Shown here in pieces: positions 62,092 through 64,000 of a stretch of DNA of 64,000 nt. The translations under genes were made by a program, and so were the position numbers. A model generated the notes under the pieces. The model worked only from the letters and a program-made list of their open reading frames with translations, was not told the origin of the DNA and did no database searches. Source of the stretch: an uncultured Flavobacteriaceae bacterium (lineage in GTDB: Bacteria > Bacteroidota > Bacteroidia > Flavobacteriales > Flavobacteriaceae); contig CAWCNT010000013.1 of assembly GCA_963796935.1 (NCBI GenBank), positions 368,242 through 432,241 on the forward strand, given 5' to 3'. Each line of letters opens with the position of its first letter. The stretch's first letter is position 1.

Positions 62092-63861
62092 CTAAAAGAA
62101 ACCATCCCTTTTTTTACTTCTTCTTTTACCAGTGCGCTGGCTCGACCCTTTTGAGAATGAACGCTCTTTGAAACTACCTTTCCCTTTGTTGTCCTTGTGT
62201 CTTCTTCTACCTTTATCTTTTCCTCTTCGACCTCCACCACCTTCAGGGCTTTTAGATTCTTCTACATTTACGAACCTGCCGTCTACTTTAAATTCTTTAA
62301 AAGTATTTAAGATAAGGTCCTTAAATTCCGGGTTAGTATTAAAGAAGGAAAAACTGTCCTTAACATCTACTCTGTAGACATCGTCTTTTCCAATATTAAG
62401 TTTATCTCTTAGAAAATCTTTTAAAGACATCCAGTCATAACCGTCTTTTTCTCCCACATTGATAAAATACCGGACAGTGCCATCTGAGGAAGAATCTTGA
62501 CCTCTGGAACTATGGGAATCCCTTTCACGCTGGTTCTCTGAGGTGTTGAGATCTTTTACCTTGCTGTAATAGCTATAAAATCTTGTAAATTCTACCGAGA
62601 TAATTTTCTTAATTAACTCTTCCCTATCTAAGCCTTCGAACACATCATTGATGGCAGGCAGGTAGTTATCTACGGCAGAGTTGATCTTTGTATTCCGAAT
62701 CTTGCTAGCCAAATGATACAACTGTATCTCGCAGATCTCCATTCCTGATGGTATCTTCTTGGTTTCAAATTTTTGTTTGATCATATTCTCAATGGTCTTT
62801 ATTTTACGCAGTTCACTTCGCGTAATGATAACCATTGAAATTCCCGATTTTCCAGCTCTACCGGTTCTTCCGCTTCTATGAGTATAAGTCTCTATCTCGT
62901 CGGGTAATTGATAATTGATAACGTGTGAAATATCATCTACGTCTATTCCTCTTGCAGCCACATCAGTAGCTACGAGCATCTGTATTTGTTTTTTTCTGAA
63001 AGAATTCATCACCAGATCTCGTTGGTTCTGACTTAGATCACCGTGAAGTGCTCCTGCATTATACCCGTCTTCGACCAACTTTTCAGCTACTCTTTGTGTG
63101 TCTCTCTTTGTGCGGCAGAAAACAACTGAGAAAATACCGGGATTGGCATCGGCTAGTCTTTTTAATGCTTCATAACGATCTCTTCCGCCTACTACATAAT
63201 ATTCGTGTTGAACCGTATCTACACCAGAATTTTTTGTACCTACCGTCACTTCATGCGGCTGGTGCATAAACTTTTTGGCAATAGTAGAAACCTCCTTGGG
63301 CATGGTAGCCGAGAATAACCAGGTAGATTTCTCCTTTGGTGTTGTAGATAGAATATCCTTGATGTCTTCATAAAAGCCCATATTGAGCATTTCATCAGCT
63401 TCATCGAGGATACAGTAATCGATCTTACTAATATCGATCATACCTCTGCCTATCATATCTTTCATACGCCCAGGTGTTGCCACAATGATCTGTGCCCCAC
63501 GTTTTATCTGTCTGGATTGATCAACGATACTAGCACCGCCATAGATAGCTACAATGTTTAAGCCTTTTACATATTTGGCATATAGCTTCATTTCATTAGT
63601 GATCTGCAAACAAAGTTCGCGAGTTGGACTTAGGATCACTCCCTGAGTAGTTCTACTTTCGCTCTGTATCTTTTGAATTAATGGAAATCCGAAGGCAGCG
63701 GTTTTACCGGTCCCGGTTTGGGCCAGTGCAACAAGGTCTGTCTCGTCTTTTAATAAAATTGGAATTGTTTTTTCCTGGACTTCTGAAGGAGTTTCAAATC
63801 CAAGGTCTTCAATAGCTTGCAAAAGGGCTTCATTGAGCCCCAGCGCTTTAAATTTTGTCAT
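62092..63861 (-). CDS. DEAD-box RNA helicase with DbpA-type RNA-binding domain and basic tail
   Basis: Motifs AQTGTGKT, PTRELC, DEAD, SAT, ARGID, HRSGRTGRAG. Confidence 0.95.
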   Translation of the reverse strand: MTKFKALGLNEALLQAIEDLGFETPSEVQEKTIPILLKDETDLVALAQTGTGKTAAFGFPLIQKIQSESRTTQGVILSPTRELCLQITNEMKLYAKYVKGLNIVAIYGGASIVDQSRQIKRGAQIIVATPGRMKDMIGRGMIDISKIDYCILDEADEMLNMGFYEDIKDILSTTPKEKSTWLFSATMPKEVSTIAKKFMHQPHEVTVGTKNSGVDTVQHEYYVVGGRDRYEALKRLADANPGIFSVVFCRTKRDTQRVAEKLVEDGYNAGALHGDLSQNQRDLVMNSFRKKQIQMLVATDVAARGIDVDDISHVINYQLPDEIETYTHRSGRTGRAGKSGISMVIITRSELRKIKTIENMIKQKFETKKIPSGMEICEIQLYHLASKIRNTKINSAVDNYLPAINDVFEGLDREELIKKIISVEFTRFYSYYSKVKDLNTSENQRERDSHSSRGQDSSSDGTVRYFINVGEKDGYDWMSLKDFLRDKLNIGKDDVYRVDVKDSFSFFNTNPEFKDLILNTFKEFKVDGRFVNVEESKSPEGGGGRRGKDKGRRRHKDNKGKGSFKERSFSKGSSQRTGKRRSKKRDGFF

Positions 63862-63980
63862 CTTAAGTTATTTTACGTAATCGCAAATATGAATGTTGCA
63901 TAGAGCGGTTATCGTGATAACTTTATGATACTCAGCGCAACACATGCTATACCAGCGGCGTCAATTAAGCGGCAAAGGTA
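63862..63980 (-). promoter_or_regulatory. Promoter -7 element and structured leader of the helicase gene
   Basis: TACCTTTG at 63973-63980; about 105-nt leader with nested stems TGTTGCG/TGCAACA, GAG/CTC and GTTATC/GATAAC. Confidence 0.6.
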
Positions 63981-64000
63981 CTGTTAATATTTGAGAAGGG

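Noticed and set aside
231-63269. Numerous short antisense or alternate-frame ORFs in the ORF track (e.g. 231-434, 844-1044, 10572-10934, 49111-49530, 53169-53756)
   Set aside because: They are shadows of well-supported genes and have no recognisable motifs.
1-64000. CRISPR arrays, tRNA/rRNA, IS elements, prophage
   Set aside because: By eye I found no regularly spaced repeats, cloverleaf or rRNA signatures, transposases or integrases. Intergenic regions are short and largely explained.

Overview
Core chromosomal window from a Bacteroidota genome, most likely Flavobacteriaceae (inferred from protein similarity, gene order and TAnnTTTG promoters). In order it holds: trehalose synthesis/hydrolysis, a DPP III peptidase, a MarR-led beta-oxidation cluster, purL, an ECF sigma/anti-sigma module, a DUF4199-GT2-pgm-msbA envelope operon, rpmE2, mtaB, rpmH, carB, a cytochrome c lipoprotein/YceI/beta-barrel trio, gnd-zwf-pgl, rmuC, a cobalamin riboswitch-controlled B12 uptake locus, a second ECF module, purB, cobB, trmH, a GH13 lipoprotein and a DEAD-box helicase. 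I saw no tRNA, rRNA, CRISPR array, phage or IS. Many conserved genes are broken by single-base indels, densely at about 30.7-41.2 kb, and these look like sequencing or assembly errors. The best leads are the uncharacterised cytochrome c lipoprotein + YceI + outer-membrane barrel module, a three-copy ECF promoter motif defining a mini-regulon, a perfect 26-bp operator upstream of the MarR-fad operon, and a structured leader with a Cys-rich uORF upstream of the DEAD-box helicase. Family and DUF names come from my recognition, not from database searches.
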